NCBI GenBank assembly: GCA_021851145.1
Contig: JAJZJK010000003.1
Coordinates: 1 to 43,985 of the forward strand
Direction: 5' to 3'
DNA: 43,985 nt
From: Nanobdellota archaeon
GTDB lineage: Archaea; Nanobdellota; Nanobdellia; Parvarchaeales; Parvarchaeaceae
Below, piece after piece: positions 17,423-27,772 of the stretch. A program made the translations under genes and the position numbers. Numbering within the stretch: position 1 is the first letter of the stretch; every line of letters begins with the position of its first letter. A model generated the notes under the pieces. That model had not been told where the DNA came from, did no database searches, and saw only the letters and a list, made by a program, of their open reading frames with translations.

Positions 17423-18967
17423 TTAATACTTTTTATAGAAAATCTTAACAAATTTGTCAGCTTTAAAGAGTTTTATTATGAATCTTAATTCCTTATTGCT
17501 TATAGTCTTGGTAACATACAGCATTAAGGCATAGAAAGCCAATGAAGCTATCAAAAGCAACGGCAGGTAAGCCAATCTTTTTACAAATATTAATAAAAAG
17601 TATAAAAACAGGCCCATTAATACAACGGAAACTGTGGCTTTTAAAAGCTCCAGATAAGGCAACTTTATTTTAATGTATCTTGAAACCAGTATTAAATTAA
17701 CTGATAAAGTAGATAATGTAACTGCCAAATAAGCAAATGCAGCTCCTACTGCATATAAAATTGGGACTAGTATTAATGTAAGAGCTATTCCAACTACTGC
17801 TCCGGTTATAACCGAATACATTGCATATTTCTGCTTTCCCGTAGCACTTAAAACCTGTGTAACCGGGCCAAATATGCTAGATATAAGAACCGGCACAAGA
17901 AGGATTATAAACGGCGTTTCTGCGCCGATAAAACTTGCTTTATATAAGTAGGAGATTAATTTTGGAGCAGAGATTATAGAGGCCGTAACAAGCGGAAAGG
18001 TAAGCAGGAAGGAATATTTTATAAGGCTGCGCTGAAGCCGGTAAAAGCCTTCAAATTGCTTTCTTTCGAAAAACTTGGTTATAGATGCGAAAAAAGCAGA
18101 ACCGACTGCGGCTGCCGGCAAGCCAAGCATACCTGCCATTATTAACCCCACTCTATAAAAACTTACAGATGATATATTTGGAGCAACTGCCCCCAGGAAT
18201 AGGGCTATTACAGGCCCGTAAGAAAGAGAAATTATCGCCATAACGTATGAGAAATTTCTGTAGCTATAGAAATGACTTAAATCCTGCTTTTCTGGTTTTG
18301 CTGATTTTGGAAAACCCTTCATTGAGCGGTATAACAAGAAAAGACCGACAGTTGCAGTTACCAAATAGACAACATCATAAAATTTAATTGCCCCTATTAA
18401 TCCAAACCCTAGATAAATTACAACAAGCTGGATTATACGAAGAAAATCATACAATACTCCGGTTATGAAACTGTTATTCATCTTCTGGAATCCTATAAAT
18501 GAAGGTTCGGTAAAATTGCTTGAAAGAGAGTAAAATACAAGGCCAAAAGCAAGTATTTTGATAAGGTATCCCACCTCTGCAGAGTGATATATTGAAGCTA
18601 TTACTCCCGAGAGGGAGAATAATACAATTGAAGCAACAAGAGAGGACAAGATTACTATAACAAGATAATGTTTTACTGCCCACATAAGCCGTGAAGCTGA
18701 ATTTTGTGCACGGTATTTAGATATAGCATATTGAACCGCAGAATTTATACCTAATCCTGCCATAGTCGAAGCAAAACCCCAGTAAAGCACAACTACAGTA
18801 TAATAACCATAGTTTGTAGGTCCAAGAAATCTCACAAGAAGGACACTTATAAGAAAAGAAACAAAGAATTTTGATCCAGAACGAAGAAAGCCATAGACAC
18901 TGTTTGAAGCAACTAACCCCTGTTCTTCTTCTATGTTTATTTCATCTTTGTTTATAGGCTGTTCCAT
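17423..18967 (-). CDS. Oligosaccharide flippase (Wzx/MOP family)
   Basis: VRFLGPTNYG, about 14 TM segments, next to aglB. Confidence 0.88.
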   Translation of the reverse strand: MEQPINKDEINIEEEQGLVASNSVYGFLRSGSKFFVSFLISVLLVRFLGPTNYGYYTVVVLYWGFASTMAGLGINSAVQYAISKYRAQNSASRLMWAVKHYLVIVILSSLVASIVLFSLSGVIASIYHSAEVGYLIKILAFGLVFYSLSSNFTEPSFIGFQKMNNSFITGVLYDFLRIIQLVVIYLGFGLIGAIKFYDVVYLVTATVGLFLLYRSMKGFPKSAKPEKQDLSHFYSYRNFSYVMAIISLSYGPVIALFLGAVAPNISSVSFYRVGLIMAGMLGLPAAAVGSAFFASITKFFERKQFEGFYRLQRSLIKYSFLLTFPLVTASIISAPKLISYLYKASFIGAETPFIILLVPVLISSIFGPVTQVLSATGKQKYAMYSVITGAVVGIALTLILVPILYAVGAAFAYLAVTLSTLSVNLILVSRYIKIKLPYLELLKATVSVVLMGLFLYFLLIFVKRLAYLPLLLIASLAFYALMLYVTKTISNKELRFIIKLFKADKFVKIFYKKY

Positions 18968-19050
18968 TAAGATACTTACTAGCTATATACTTGCATTATA
19001 ATCCACTCAATTTATGTATTTAAATAATAATCAAGCAATATTAGTTAAAT

Positions 19051-19404
19051 ATGGTTTTACTTTTGCAAGAAACAGGGTTGAGCGTAATAGTTTCGATTGC
19101 CATTATCCTAGGGTATTTTATAGGGGTATCTACTCAAGAGGAAATAGAAGGTTTGGCAAAAAAGGTCAAAGCGGAAAAAATCTTTTCTTATCCTTTGATA
19201 ATTGCAGAGTTTGCAGTAATATCTTTAGTATTATACCTTTATGGAAGTTATTATTTTATTGTTTCGGCGGTCGTAATGTTATTCAACCTTTCATTTTCTG
19301 CGCTTTATAACGCAGAAAAATCAGATTTGCAGAGAACAGTTGGGTATGTAGTTACTTTCTTAATACCTTCTTTAATAATTGGAACCGCAATAGTGATACT
19401 ATGA
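19051..19404 (+). CDS. Small membrane protein
   Basis: Four hydrophobic segments; overlaps the GTPase start (ATGA). Confidence 0.7.
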   Translation: MVLLLQETGLSVIVSIAIILGYFIGVSTQEEIEGLAKKVKAEKIFSYPLIIAEFAVISLVLYLYGSYYFIVSAVVMLFNLSFSALYNAEKSDLQRTVGYVVTFLIPSLIIGTAIVIL

Positions 19405-20540
19405 AGATTGGAATAATTGGACGAACTAATGTTGGAAAAAGCACGCTCTTTAAGGCTCTTACCCTTGAAGAAGTAGAGATAGAAGACAGGCCATTTACAA
19501 CAATAGAACCTAACAAAGGCGTTGGTTATGTTACTATAGACTGCCCAGAAAAATATTTTAATGTAAAATGCACACCTCACAATGCCCCATGTGCTGATGG
19601 AACTAGGTTTGTACCGATTAATATAATTGACGTTGCCGGTTTAGTTGAAGGTGCTAGTGAAGGTAAAGGCTTAGGAAACAAGTTCCTTAGTGAGATAATG
19701 GAAGCAGATGCTATAATAGAAGTGATAGATATATCTGGCAATACAGATTCAAGTGGTAATAAAACAAAAGATTTTGATCCGGCAATTGATATAGAGATGG
19801 TAGACAATGAAATAAAGAAATGGATAGCGTCCATAATTTTAAGGTCAAGATACGTAGGAAAAGAGGATATAGCGGATATAATATTCAAAAATGTATCCGG
19901 GATAAACATAAAATACTCAACTGTAAAAGAAGTTGTAAAGGAACTGGGGATAAAGGAAATAAACGATGAAACAGCGGTAAAGATGGCATCTTTAATGATG
20001 AAAAAGGATAAGCCATTACTGGTTCTATGCAATAAGATGGATTCTGTTCAAGATTTGGATGAAAGACTCAGAAAACTAAGGGAAAAATTTGATTATGAGT
20101 TTATGGCCTGCTCAGCTGCTGCAGAACTAACAATAAAGGAAGCAGAAAAGAATGGTTTTATTCGCTTTAAAGATGGAAAACTTGAAAGGATAAAAGAATT
20201 GAGCGGTGAGCAGGAAAACGCAATAAAAATAATAGATAATATAATTAAAAAATACGGGAGCACAGGGGTTAGAGAAGCATTAAATCATTTGGTATTCGAA
20301 TTAAAAGGGTATAAGGTGGTATTCCCCGTAGAAGACGAAAAGAGACTTACAGACGGATTTGGAAGGATCCTCCCGGACGCATATCTTGTTGAAAAAGACA
20401 CAAATCCAAAGGGGGTTGCAGCAAAGATACACAGTGATGTAGCTAAAAACTACAAAGGTGCAGTAGACTGCAAGACTGGCCTAAAAGTAAAAAATGACTC
20501 CCCAGTAAAGAATGGCCAAGTACTTAAAATACTGGTATGA
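19401..20540 (+). CDS. ychF: Obg/YchF family translation-associated GTPase/ATPase with TGS domain
   Basis: GRTNVGKST, PFTTIEPN, DVAGLV, GKGLGNKFL, NKMD, KIHSD. Confidence 0.95.
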   Translation: MKIGIIGRTNVGKSTLFKALTLEEVEIEDRPFTTIEPNKGVGYVTIDCPEKYFNVKCTPHNAPCADGTRFVPINIIDVAGLVEGASEGKGLGNKFLSEIMEADAIIEVIDISGNTDSSGNKTKDFDPAIDIEMVDNEIKKWIASIILRSRYVGKEDIADIIFKNVSGINIKYSTVKEVVKELGIKEINDETAVKMASLMMKKDKPLLVLCNKMDSVQDLDERLRKLREKFDYEFMACSAAAELTIKEAEKNGFIRFKDGKLERIKELSGEQENAIKIIDNIIKKYGSTGVREALNHLVFELKGYKVVFPVEDEKRLTDGFGRILPDAYLVEKDTNPKGVAAKIHSDVAKNYKGAVDCKTGLKVKNDSPVKNGQVLKILV

Positions 20541-21331
20541 ACAACACAAAAATATTCCTAAAGGACGAAAAGGTTTTCCAAAAGATAGTAAAAGCATCCA
20601 ATCTTGATAGCGAGGACGTGGTTATAGAGATAGGCAGCGGGGACGGGAGATTAACAAAGAGAATTGCACCTTATGTAAAGAAAGTATACGCTATAGAGCT
20701 AGACACAAATTTATTTGACTCTGCAAGAACTTTCCTTGGAGAAAATAGCAATATAGAGTTTATTAATGGCGATGCCTTAGATTTGGAATTCCCAAATGAC
20801 GCAAACAAGATAATATCAAATTTACCCTATGCAATATCCTCTCCGATAACTGAAAAGATAATATATTTCTTAAATAGCAAAAAGGCCGGATTGGCAGTTT
20901 TAATGTACCAACTAGAATTTGGAGAAAGAATGCTAGCCTTCCCAGGGATAAGAGATTACTCGATGATTTCTGTATTTACACAATATACATGCGAGATAGA
21001 GCTGGTTTCAAGGGTTAGCAAAAACGCATTTAGGCCCAGACCTGCGGTTGAATCAATAATACTTAAAATAAAGCCTAAAAAAATTGATATAGACGAAGGT
21101 TTTCTGGAATTTTCAAGGCTTCTTTTCCAGCACAAAAAGAAAAACCTTTATTCTGCTCTTATGGCCAGCAGAGGAAAACTAAATTTAAAGTCAAAGGATG
21201 ATCTAAGACAGAAACTTTTAAAATTCAAGTACAAAGAAAAACTCAAGCAAAAAGTCTTCTACCTTGAGATAAATGAGCTAGAGGATATATATAATGAAAT
21301 GCTAAAGATAGAGATATGCAAAAAGAAGTAA
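20537..21331 (+). CDS. rsmA: 16S rRNA dimethyladenosine transferase KsgA/Dim1
   Basis: IEIGSGDG, ISNLPYAISSP, MYQLEF, FRPRPAVES. Confidence 0.95.
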   Translation: MNNTKIFLKDEKVFQKIVKASNLDSEDVVIEIGSGDGRLTKRIAPYVKKVYAIELDTNLFDSARTFLGENSNIEFINGDALDLEFPNDANKIISNLPYAISSPITEKIIYFLNSKKAGLAVLMYQLEFGERMLAFPGIRDYSMISVFTQYTCEIELVSRVSKNAFRPRPAVESIILKIKPKKIDIDEGFLEFSRLLFQHKKKNLYSALMASRGKLNLKSKDDLRQKLLKFKYKEKLKQKVFYLEINELEDIYNEMLKIEICKKK

Positions 21332-22140
21332 AGGTTATAAAAAGGGGCAATCCGTCGGTGAAGATATACCGAAAAAAGAAGCCCTGGGAGTTTATACCCT
21401 TCAAATCAAATTTGGGTTACAACCACAATACGCAGAAAAAATTCAAAAATTTCGTATCAAGGTTCTCAGTAAAAGAAGTAGAGGATATAATATTGGCATG
21501 GCTTGCATTAAGTTTTGCTTTCGCTGTAGTTATATATCCGGTTGAAAACTACATTTTTTTCATATATTTCTTGGCTTCTTTTATAGTTTTGGGAGCGGCA
21601 TTTATAATGCATGAGCTAATGCATAAATTTGTTGCTCAAAGCTACGGCTATGAAGCGCAGTTTAGAATGTTCCCGTTCTTTTTAATACTTGCAGTTGTTA
21701 TGGCATTGCTTATAGGCTTTGTATTTGCATTGCCAGGGGCAACTATATTTGAACCTGATCCACATGAGCCGTATACTGATCCAAAAGGTTTCACTGAAAG
21801 GTACGGAAAGATATCGCTGGCAGGCCCATTGATAGATATAGTTTTTGGATTTGTATTCTTGGCATTATTCTTTTTAATTTATGTATTCGTGGGCTCGAAT
21901 GTAACAAATCTGCTGACTACTTTCGGTTATATTGTTACAGGCCTAGGAACATTCATAAGCTTTTATCTTGCCGCATTTAATATGCTGCCACTTGGTTCTG
22001 TTTCATTTATAGGACTTGACGGATACAAAGTCTGGAGATGGAATAAAGCTTATTGGGCTATATTTTTTGTAATACCAGTAGTAATGACAGTATTGATATA
22101 TTTGGGGTATATACCTATTCTTTCAGCGATAGGGCTGTAA
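21316..22140 (+). CDS. M50 family intramembrane zinc metalloprotease
   Basis: HELMH, SLAGP, FNMLP...LDG. Confidence 0.92.
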   Translation: MQKEVKVIKRGNPSVKIYRKKKPWEFIPFKSNLGYNHNTQKKFKNFVSRFSVKEVEDIILAWLALSFAFAVVIYPVENYIFFIYFLASFIVLGAAFIMHELMHKFVAQSYGYEAQFRMFPFFLILAVVMALLIGFVFALPGATIFEPDPHEPYTDPKGFTERYGKISLAGPLIDIVFGFVFLALFFLIYVFVGSNVTNLLTTFGYIVTGLGTFISFYLAAFNMLPLGSVSFIGLDGYKVWRWNKAYWAIFFVIPVVMTVLIYLGYIPILSAIGL

Positions 22141-22182
22141 TCTGCAAGACAATTATTTAAATGAATAAGTTTAATAGTAGTC

Positions 22183-22857
22183 ATGACAGAAAAAAATAAA
22201 ATAATAACAGCTTTTCAAACCGCAGGTTTCATATCTATACTAGCAGCAAAATTTCTAGAAGAGAAAGGAATTGTAAAAGATGTCGGAGGAATTGATATTG
22301 AGGAGCTTGCACAATTCGCAATCGTTAAAAATGGGGATTTGCTTTCACCGATTAGAATTTTAGAGGGCAAAGACTTTACTGTTATAACTTCACAGATACC
22401 TTTGCCATTAAAGGCTATAAATGAACTTTCTGATAAAATAATAGAAATTTACAAAGAAAAGAAGTCAAACCAGATTATAGCATTGGATGGACTAGCGGTT
22501 GATGAAGCGAAGGATAAAAGCGAAGTTTACTTTGCAAGCAATTATAATGAAAAAGAGATAAAAAACTGCAATAAACTACCTGAAGGAGCTATGATGGGCT
22601 TTAATTCATATTTAGCACATAAAACAAGAAAGATAAAAATACCTTTTGTGGTATTAATGGCCGAAACACACGCAGAGATACCAGATGGTATAGCTGCAGC
22701 TGCTCTTATCTCGGTTTTGGGAGAGCTTGTAAATATACAAGTTGATACGTCTGAGCTGGTATCTGAATACAAAAAGACACTTGGCCAGATAAACAATATT
22801 CTAAAGAGAGTAAGTCAAGCGCCTAAAAAAGAAGAAGAACAAAACATGTACGTTTAA
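22183..22857 (+). CDS. PAC2 family proteasome assembly chaperone
   Basis: AFQTAGFISILAA, IIALDG, PDGIAAAALI..L, VDTSEL. Confidence 0.85.
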   Translation: MTEKNKIITAFQTAGFISILAAKFLEEKGIVKDVGGIDIEELAQFAIVKNGDLLSPIRILEGKDFTVITSQIPLPLKAINELSDKIIEIYKEKKSNQIIALDGLAVDEAKDKSEVYFASNYNEKEIKNCNKLPEGAMMGFNSYLAHKTRKIKIPFVVLMAETHAEIPDGIAAAALISVLGELVNIQVDTSELVSEYKKTLGQINNILKRVSQAPKKEEEQNMYV

Positions 22858-23258
22858 TTTTGGTTATATTCCTTAGCTTTTTCTTCTAAGAACCTTGAAA
22901 CATTGTTATCCATAAATGAAGTTGAATATGAGGTTATGTCGGTTATGGGTACCCATTTATAACTTTGAAAAAATGATAGTACTTCAGGCTCTTTATTCAA
23001 ATGTTCCATTACATAAAGAAAATAAAGTAGCTTAGGGTTTTCACTAGGGTAATACTTGAATACCTTCCCAGTAAGGTTAAATTCTATACCAAATTTCTGC
23101 ATAAGAGATATTATTTCTCTTCGTGGACTTTTGTCCTCATCTAATTCCAAAAAAGGAAATACCCAAGTTGCCCTTGGCATATACCTATCCTGGGCCTTAA
23201 GTTTTACCATTAAAACCTTGTTTCCCTTTATCACTAATGCTGACACCCTTTTTGCCAT
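22854..23258 (-). CDS. NUDIX-fold protein with degenerate Nudix box
   Basis: VSALVIKGNKVLMV, WVFP, YKWVP; the REUXEE box is eroded. Confidence 0.65.
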   Translation of the reverse strand: MAKRVSALVIKGNKVLMVKLKAQDRYMPRATWVFPFLELDEDKSPRREIISLMQKFGIEFNLTGKVFKYYPSENPKLLYFLYVMEHLNKEPEVLSFFQSYKWVPITDITSYSTSFMDNNVSRFLEEKAKEYNQN

Positions 23259-23329
23259 AAGATATTAACATTTTTGCATTTTAAACGCTTTTTTATATCA
23301 AGGTAGACATAAAATATTGTTAAAAAGAT

Positions 23330-23620
23330 ATGGACAAAGGGTATTATGCAGTGTTGATTGTAATTTTAGTATTGATAATAATAGCAGCATTATTCTATAC
23401 TAACCCATACGAAAATCACCGGCAGATTGCAATAGGGATATGCGAGCTTGAATGTCACCACATAACAACTAATTCGACAATAACAAGCAATACATGCATA
23501 AACGAAAACGCAAGCTTTGGTTACTCTTGTGCTGCAGTCAGTTCAGCTTCTCCAGCAGTATGTTCAAATACCAATGAAATAAATTTAAATTATGACTGCG
23601 TTTTACAGAGCGTAAAATAG
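23330..23620 (+). CDS. Small membrane-anchored or secreted Cys-rich protein
   Basis: N-terminal TM segment, six Cys, N-glycosylation sequons. Confidence 0.65.
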   Translation: MDKGYYAVLIVILVLIIIAALFYTNPYENHRQIAIGICELECHHITTNSTITSNTCINENASFGYSCAAVSSASPAVCSNTNEINLNYDCVLQSVK

Positions 23621-23622
23621 TT

Positions 23623-24270
23623 CTACTTAACCAATTGCTTTAGCTCGTTAAGCTTCTTATTAAGAAAATCTATCCTGCTCTGCTTATCTTCTAGTATCTT
23701 CCCGGGCTCCATGTGGGTAAGCACTCCGCCATCATTTTTACACCTGAAATCATTTTGCAGGGCTTCATTTACATCATACCTTCTGTTACAGATGTCACAA
23801 ACGTAAAAGTCCTCTGCTTTATTCAATTCCATTGCTTTCTTGGTTTGTTTTATCTCATCCTCATACATTCCTTGTATTATAAAAACCAGCTTGCTCGGAT
23901 TTGCACTCCAAAAATAAGTGTACCAAGCTTTATTGTTCTTCCTGACTTTCCTGTAAGAAACAAGATTTTTGTTATAGAGTTTATACAAGAATTTTCTTAT
24001 TGCATTGGCCTTTTCGAATTTAAGTTTTTTTGCAAGGAGATTTTCTTCCATCTCTCCCTTTGCAATCAGAAATTCGAATACTTCAAGTCCTTTCTCACCC
24101 GCAAGATCTATTACGTATTTCCTTGCCTCCTCTAGCCTCAAAAGCTTCTTTGTGTCTATTACTATCTTTTTTTCTTTTTTTACAGCTATTTTTTTTGTCT
24201 TTTTAGGTTTGGACTTAGAAACTTTCTTTTTGATATTTTTTACAGAATTTTTCCCTTTTTTCATTGCCAT
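23623..24270 (-). CDS. tfe: Transcription factor E (TFE alpha)
   Basis: Winged helix IRKFLYKLY...WYTYFW, zinc ribbon CDIC...FRC; Lys-rich N-terminal extension. Confidence 0.93.
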   Translation of the reverse strand: MAMKKGKNSVKNIKKKVSKSKPKKTKKIAVKKEKKIVIDTKKLLRLEEARKYVIDLAGEKGLEVFEFLIAKGEMEENLLAKKLKFEKANAIRKFLYKLYNKNLVSYRKVRKNNKAWYTYFWSANPSKLVFIIQGMYEDEIKQTKKAMELNKAEDFYVCDICNRRYDVNEALQNDFRCKNDGGVLTHMEPGKILEDKQSRIDFLNKKLNELKQLVK

Positions 24271-24321
24271 TTATTATATATCGTAAACTGAGGATTTAAC
24301 CTTTTCTATTTTATTGCTACT

Positions 24322-25575
24322 TTACTTCAAAGCTGCAAATATTATTGAGCCTATTGGGCTTAAAAGGACCAAAAGCAGTATAAATAAGAAAGCAACAGTG
24401 TTAAGAATTGCTAAGGCCTTCTTTTCATTTTTAACTACATACCCCAAAGCATCAAAGAATATCTTCCCGCCGTCTACCAAATAGGACAAAGGAAGGATGT
24501 TTACTATTGCAAGGCTAAAGGAGATTACCCACAGCCAAAGGAAAAGCCCGTCTATCCAATAAAGGGACTGGGAAGGAAAGGAGTTATTCGGAAAAGCTGT
24601 AACTGATATTGGCTCAATTATGAAGGCTGGCGGCTTTGCTAAGGAGAAAAACCCTCCTACCCCTATATAGCTGTGGTAAGTGTTGTTTATAGATGAATTA
24701 TACGTGGTTTTCATAGAATAAACTTTTCCATTGGTTAAAGTAAAATTTACATACTGCCCAGGTTTCACATTAAGATCCGAAAGCGCTTCCTGTTCTGAAT
24801 AAAATTTATGTCCATTTATCTCGGAAACTGTTGAGTTTACAGGCAAAGAAACAATGCTTGCAGGGCTGCTGTTAACTACGGTTGATACGTCCAGATAGTA
24901 AGGAGAGTAAGATATCATATTTGCAGAAACTATGAAATGTGAAAGAGCAAGATATGCACCTAAGAATATAAAACCCAAAACAACGTTTGTAAAAGCGCCG
25001 GCCGAGAATATTCTCAAACGATCTATCCTTTTTGCCTTTATTATTTTCTTTTCATCGGGCTCTACAAATGCAAGGGGCAGTACTCCAAATAAGAACCCAA
25101 AACCTGTAGATTTTATTTTTATGCCCTTTGACAGAGCAACAACCCCGTGAGAAGCTTCATGCAGTGCTGCAAGCAGGATTATAGCAATCAGTATATAAAG
25201 TATAGGGACGCCGATTAGAACCGGTATACCTCCTACAGAAATAGAAACGGGAAATAGAGGTGCTACTGCTGGAAATGTAGTCGTAGGACTAGTTATCATT
25301 AGATAAAGATAAGGAATAAATAAGTAAAGAACAAAAGCTATACCTGCTAAAGCAACAAATACCCCTATTGTAGAATAAACATTGATAATCCTTTTGAATC
25401 TGGCCATTTTTTTCATTAGTTTAAGCCCAATTTTTGTTTTGTAAAGAAATACTACCTTACCTTCTACATCAAATCTCTTTCTTTCTACTACTACAAATAA
25501 ACCAAAAGCTAAAAGTATCAGTATTGTTAAAAGCAAATTATCTCCGTTGGCTAAAAGTACACTTAAAACTGACAT
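24322..25575 (-). CDS. Site-2 protease (M50) with PDZ-like domain
   Basis: HEASH, AFVEPD, SAGAFTN, SPA, NILP..VDGG. Confidence 0.93.
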   Translation of the reverse strand: MSVLSVLLANGDNLLLTILILLAFGLFVVVERKRFDVEGKVVFLYKTKIGLKLMKKMARFKRIINVYSTIGVFVALAGIAFVLYLFIPYLYLMITSPTTTFPAVAPLFPVSISVGGIPVLIGVPILYILIAIILLAALHEASHGVVALSKGIKIKSTGFGFLFGVLPLAFVEPDEKKIIKAKRIDRLRIFSAGAFTNVVLGFIFLGAYLALSHFIVSANMISYSPYYLDVSTVVNSSPASIVSLPVNSTVSEINGHKFYSEQEALSDLNVKPGQYVNFTLTNGKVYSMKTTYNSSINNTYHSYIGVGGFFSLAKPPAFIIEPISVTAFPNNSFPSQSLYWIDGLFLWLWVISFSLAIVNILPLSYLVDGGKIFFDALGYVVKNEKKALAILNTVAFLFILLLVLLSPIGSIIFAALK

Positions 25576-25583
25576 TATAATAC

Positions 25584-25772
25584 TTACACCTTTAACTTTC
25601 TTAACTCTTTGTGTTTAGGCCTTAATGCTGAAGAACCGCAGTTTCTACACCTTACTTCATTCCTTCTAAGAACTTTCTGGCTTGAAACACGTATCTTTGC
25701 ATTACAATTTCTGCATACGTATACGTTATAAAACAACCTGTTATCAGCAACTGGATTTGATCTCTCTGCCAT
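25584..25772 (-). CDS. rpl40e: 50S ribosomal protein L40e
   Basis: CRNCNA...CRNCGSSALRPK. Confidence 0.88.
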   Translation of the reverse strand: MAERSNPVADNRLFYNVYVCRNCNAKIRVSSQKVLRRNEVRCRNCGSSALRPKHKELRKLKV

Positions 25773-25835
25773 AATCTTATAGCTTTCTATTTCCTTATAT
25801 ATAAAGTTTTATTTAACCTAAAATTAATATAATTT

Positions 25836-26333
25836 ATGAAAATTGATGTAATAAGAAAGAACTCCACAGAAATACTTGAAAAACTTAAAAAGCTTGGATT
25901 CGACAGTGTCCTTTTATTAGAAGAACAAAAAATAAAAGATATTACAAAGGATAAAGAGATGGAAGGCAATGCTTATTCTGGAAAAGATTATGATTTTGTT
26001 ATTAGAAAGGGAAAAGCTAGATTTATCTATGACTTGGAAGTAAATGGATTTTTTTTGAATAAGGGACTATGCAGCAAGCTAAAGGAAAACAGGATTACAG
26101 TAATCTTTAGCTTTTCATCCCTTGAAAAAAGCGATAACCTGTTTAAAGTTTACAAGAACTTGTTAATAAACGGAAAGTTATGCAATGATTATGGTATAAA
26201 CTGCTTGTATTCGTCAGGATCGGAAAAACCAAGTGATATAAAGTCATTCTTCCAGCTTTGTGCATTTGCAGAAGAGTTTGGTTATAACTATAAGAATATG
26301 GTCAATAGCATGGAGTCAATTAAAAAATTATAG
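25836..26333 (+). CDS. rnp3: RNase P protein subunit Rpp30 (shortened)
   Basis: LN..LC...KENRITVIFSFS.L, LC..YG...LYSSGS..PSDIKS...L.AF. Confidence 0.72.
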   Translation: MKIDVIRKNSTEILEKLKKLGFDSVLLLEEQKIKDITKDKEMEGNAYSGKDYDFVIRKGKARFIYDLEVNGFFLNKGLCSKLKENRITVIFSFSSLEKSDNLFKVYKNLLINGKLCNDYGINCLYSSGSEKPSDIKSFFQLCAFAEEFGYNYKNMVNSMESIKKL

Positions 26334-26335
26334 AT

Positions 26336-26836
26336 ATGTCATCTTTTCCAGCAGAAGACTATATAATTATTTTTGTAATTGTTTTGATAGTCGCAAGGAG
26401 GTTATATTCGGGGGTCAACGGCACGAAATTTAGCTTATTCAGGGTATTTAGGCTGCCTGTACTTTACATAGCTTTAACGGTTATACTTATTTTAACATCT
26501 GCAGTAACTAAATTTTTTTATTATATGCTGTCTGTTTCAATTGCATTATTTTTTATATTATTTGTAGTTGGTTTAATTTACAGCAAAGATATGGAATTTT
26601 TTGAGAAAGAAGAAAAACTTTACTATAAAAGGAAACCTTATATAATGATAATCTGGATGGTAACTTTTTTAGCCCGTATTATTCTGGAAATAGCAGCGAG
26701 TAACTTAATATACGCAATATACACTGTAAATGTTCTTATGGCTCTATCAACAGGATTAATAACTGGAGAGGCTATAAACACTTACAAATCACATAAAAAT
26801 TACATTGAGGGGATAAAAAAATCTAAGGTAAAGTAA
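26336..26836 (+). CDS. Membrane protein (CcdC/DUF1453-like)
   Basis: Five TM segments; FF.....YYKR..YI..IW...FLARI pattern. Confidence 0.6.
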   Translation: MSSFPAEDYIIIFVIVLIVARRLYSGVNGTKFSLFRVFRLPVLYIALTVILILTSAVTKFFYYMLSVSIALFFILFVVGLIYSKDMEFFEKEEKLYYKRKPYIMIIWMVTFLARIILEIAASNLIYAIYTVNVLMALSTGLITGEAINTYKSHKNYIEGIKKSKVK

Positions 26837-26862
26837 TAATAAGCGGAATTTGCCTCTAAAGA

Positions 26863-27566
26863 TTAACGCCCGATTGCAGCAATAAGAACGACTATCGCTA
26901 TGATATAAACGAGATCTGCAATCACAACAACGAAAGGTATCGTAATATTCATCTTTTCGTGCAGCGATAAAGCAATCGATAGATACAAAAACAAGCCTAC
27001 CATCAAAGAAATGCCGGCAATCAAACCTACGTTCAATATGCTTTTTTTCGGCTTCCCGACTATGAATTTAGGGCCCAAAGCCTTTGAAAGGACGTTTATT
27101 AAGGAATTTGTGTCATCTGCTTTGTTGTTTACAAAGAAAACATATTTATTGCCGTCGTTCAGATTTATTCTTATGTTTTTGTTATTCAAAATCGTCTTCT
27201 TTGGATATAACACTGCGTTTTTTACGTCCGATACATAAATTGAGCCGGAGTTATATTTTCCAATGCGCTGCCCCGGTTTTTGGTGCTCTTGAATGTATTT
27301 ATCTACAGAAGATAAAATCGTTGTTTTTAAGTTTATCACTTAATATTTTAGCCGTTCTCTCCGCCTGTTTGCTTTCTACTTTATAATACTCCATCCCCTA
27401 TCTAAGCGGTCTCCATGGCAAACTCTTTAGTGGTCTCGCCCTGCGAAGCCGGATCCAAAAATATTATTCTCTTATCTGTTACAATGAGATTAACGTATGG
27501 CAATGCACCGAAATGACCATCTATTTCTCCTACCGGAATGATTCCTATAAAACGTTCGTTTGTCAT
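26863..27566 (-). pseudogene. Fragmented PH-like domain membrane protein (27566..27402 fragment, short middle frame, 27339..26863 fragment)
   Basis: MTNERF...NLIVTDKRIIFLD ends at TAG 27404-27402; coding-like sequence continues in shifted frames into SIYVSDVKNAVL...IRINLNDGNKYVF and two C-terminal TM helices. Confidence 0.55.
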
Positions 27567-27772
27567 GCATTTTTTGTTTATGAATATTATAATTAAATCA
27601 CCTTTATCATTAATACCTTATACGAAGGAACGTGTCCACTTCTTTGGATTAATAACTCATAGCATCCTTAATGCAGTGTGCTACATCTCTAGTGTATGTA
27701 GTTCCAATAGTTAAATTAATAGCTACTATTAAGTTGTTAAAGTATTTAAACTGTAACGTTCATAGGTATTAC

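Noticed and set aside
27063-27082. tagggcccaaag as a partial att copy of the tRNA-Val 3' end
   Set aside because: The match is too short and imperfect, and it lies inside coding sequence
27390-27410. Possible second BHB mRNA intron at the TAG of the PH-like gene
   Set aside because: No 4-bp central helix with 3-nt bulges found, and a second frameshift would still remain
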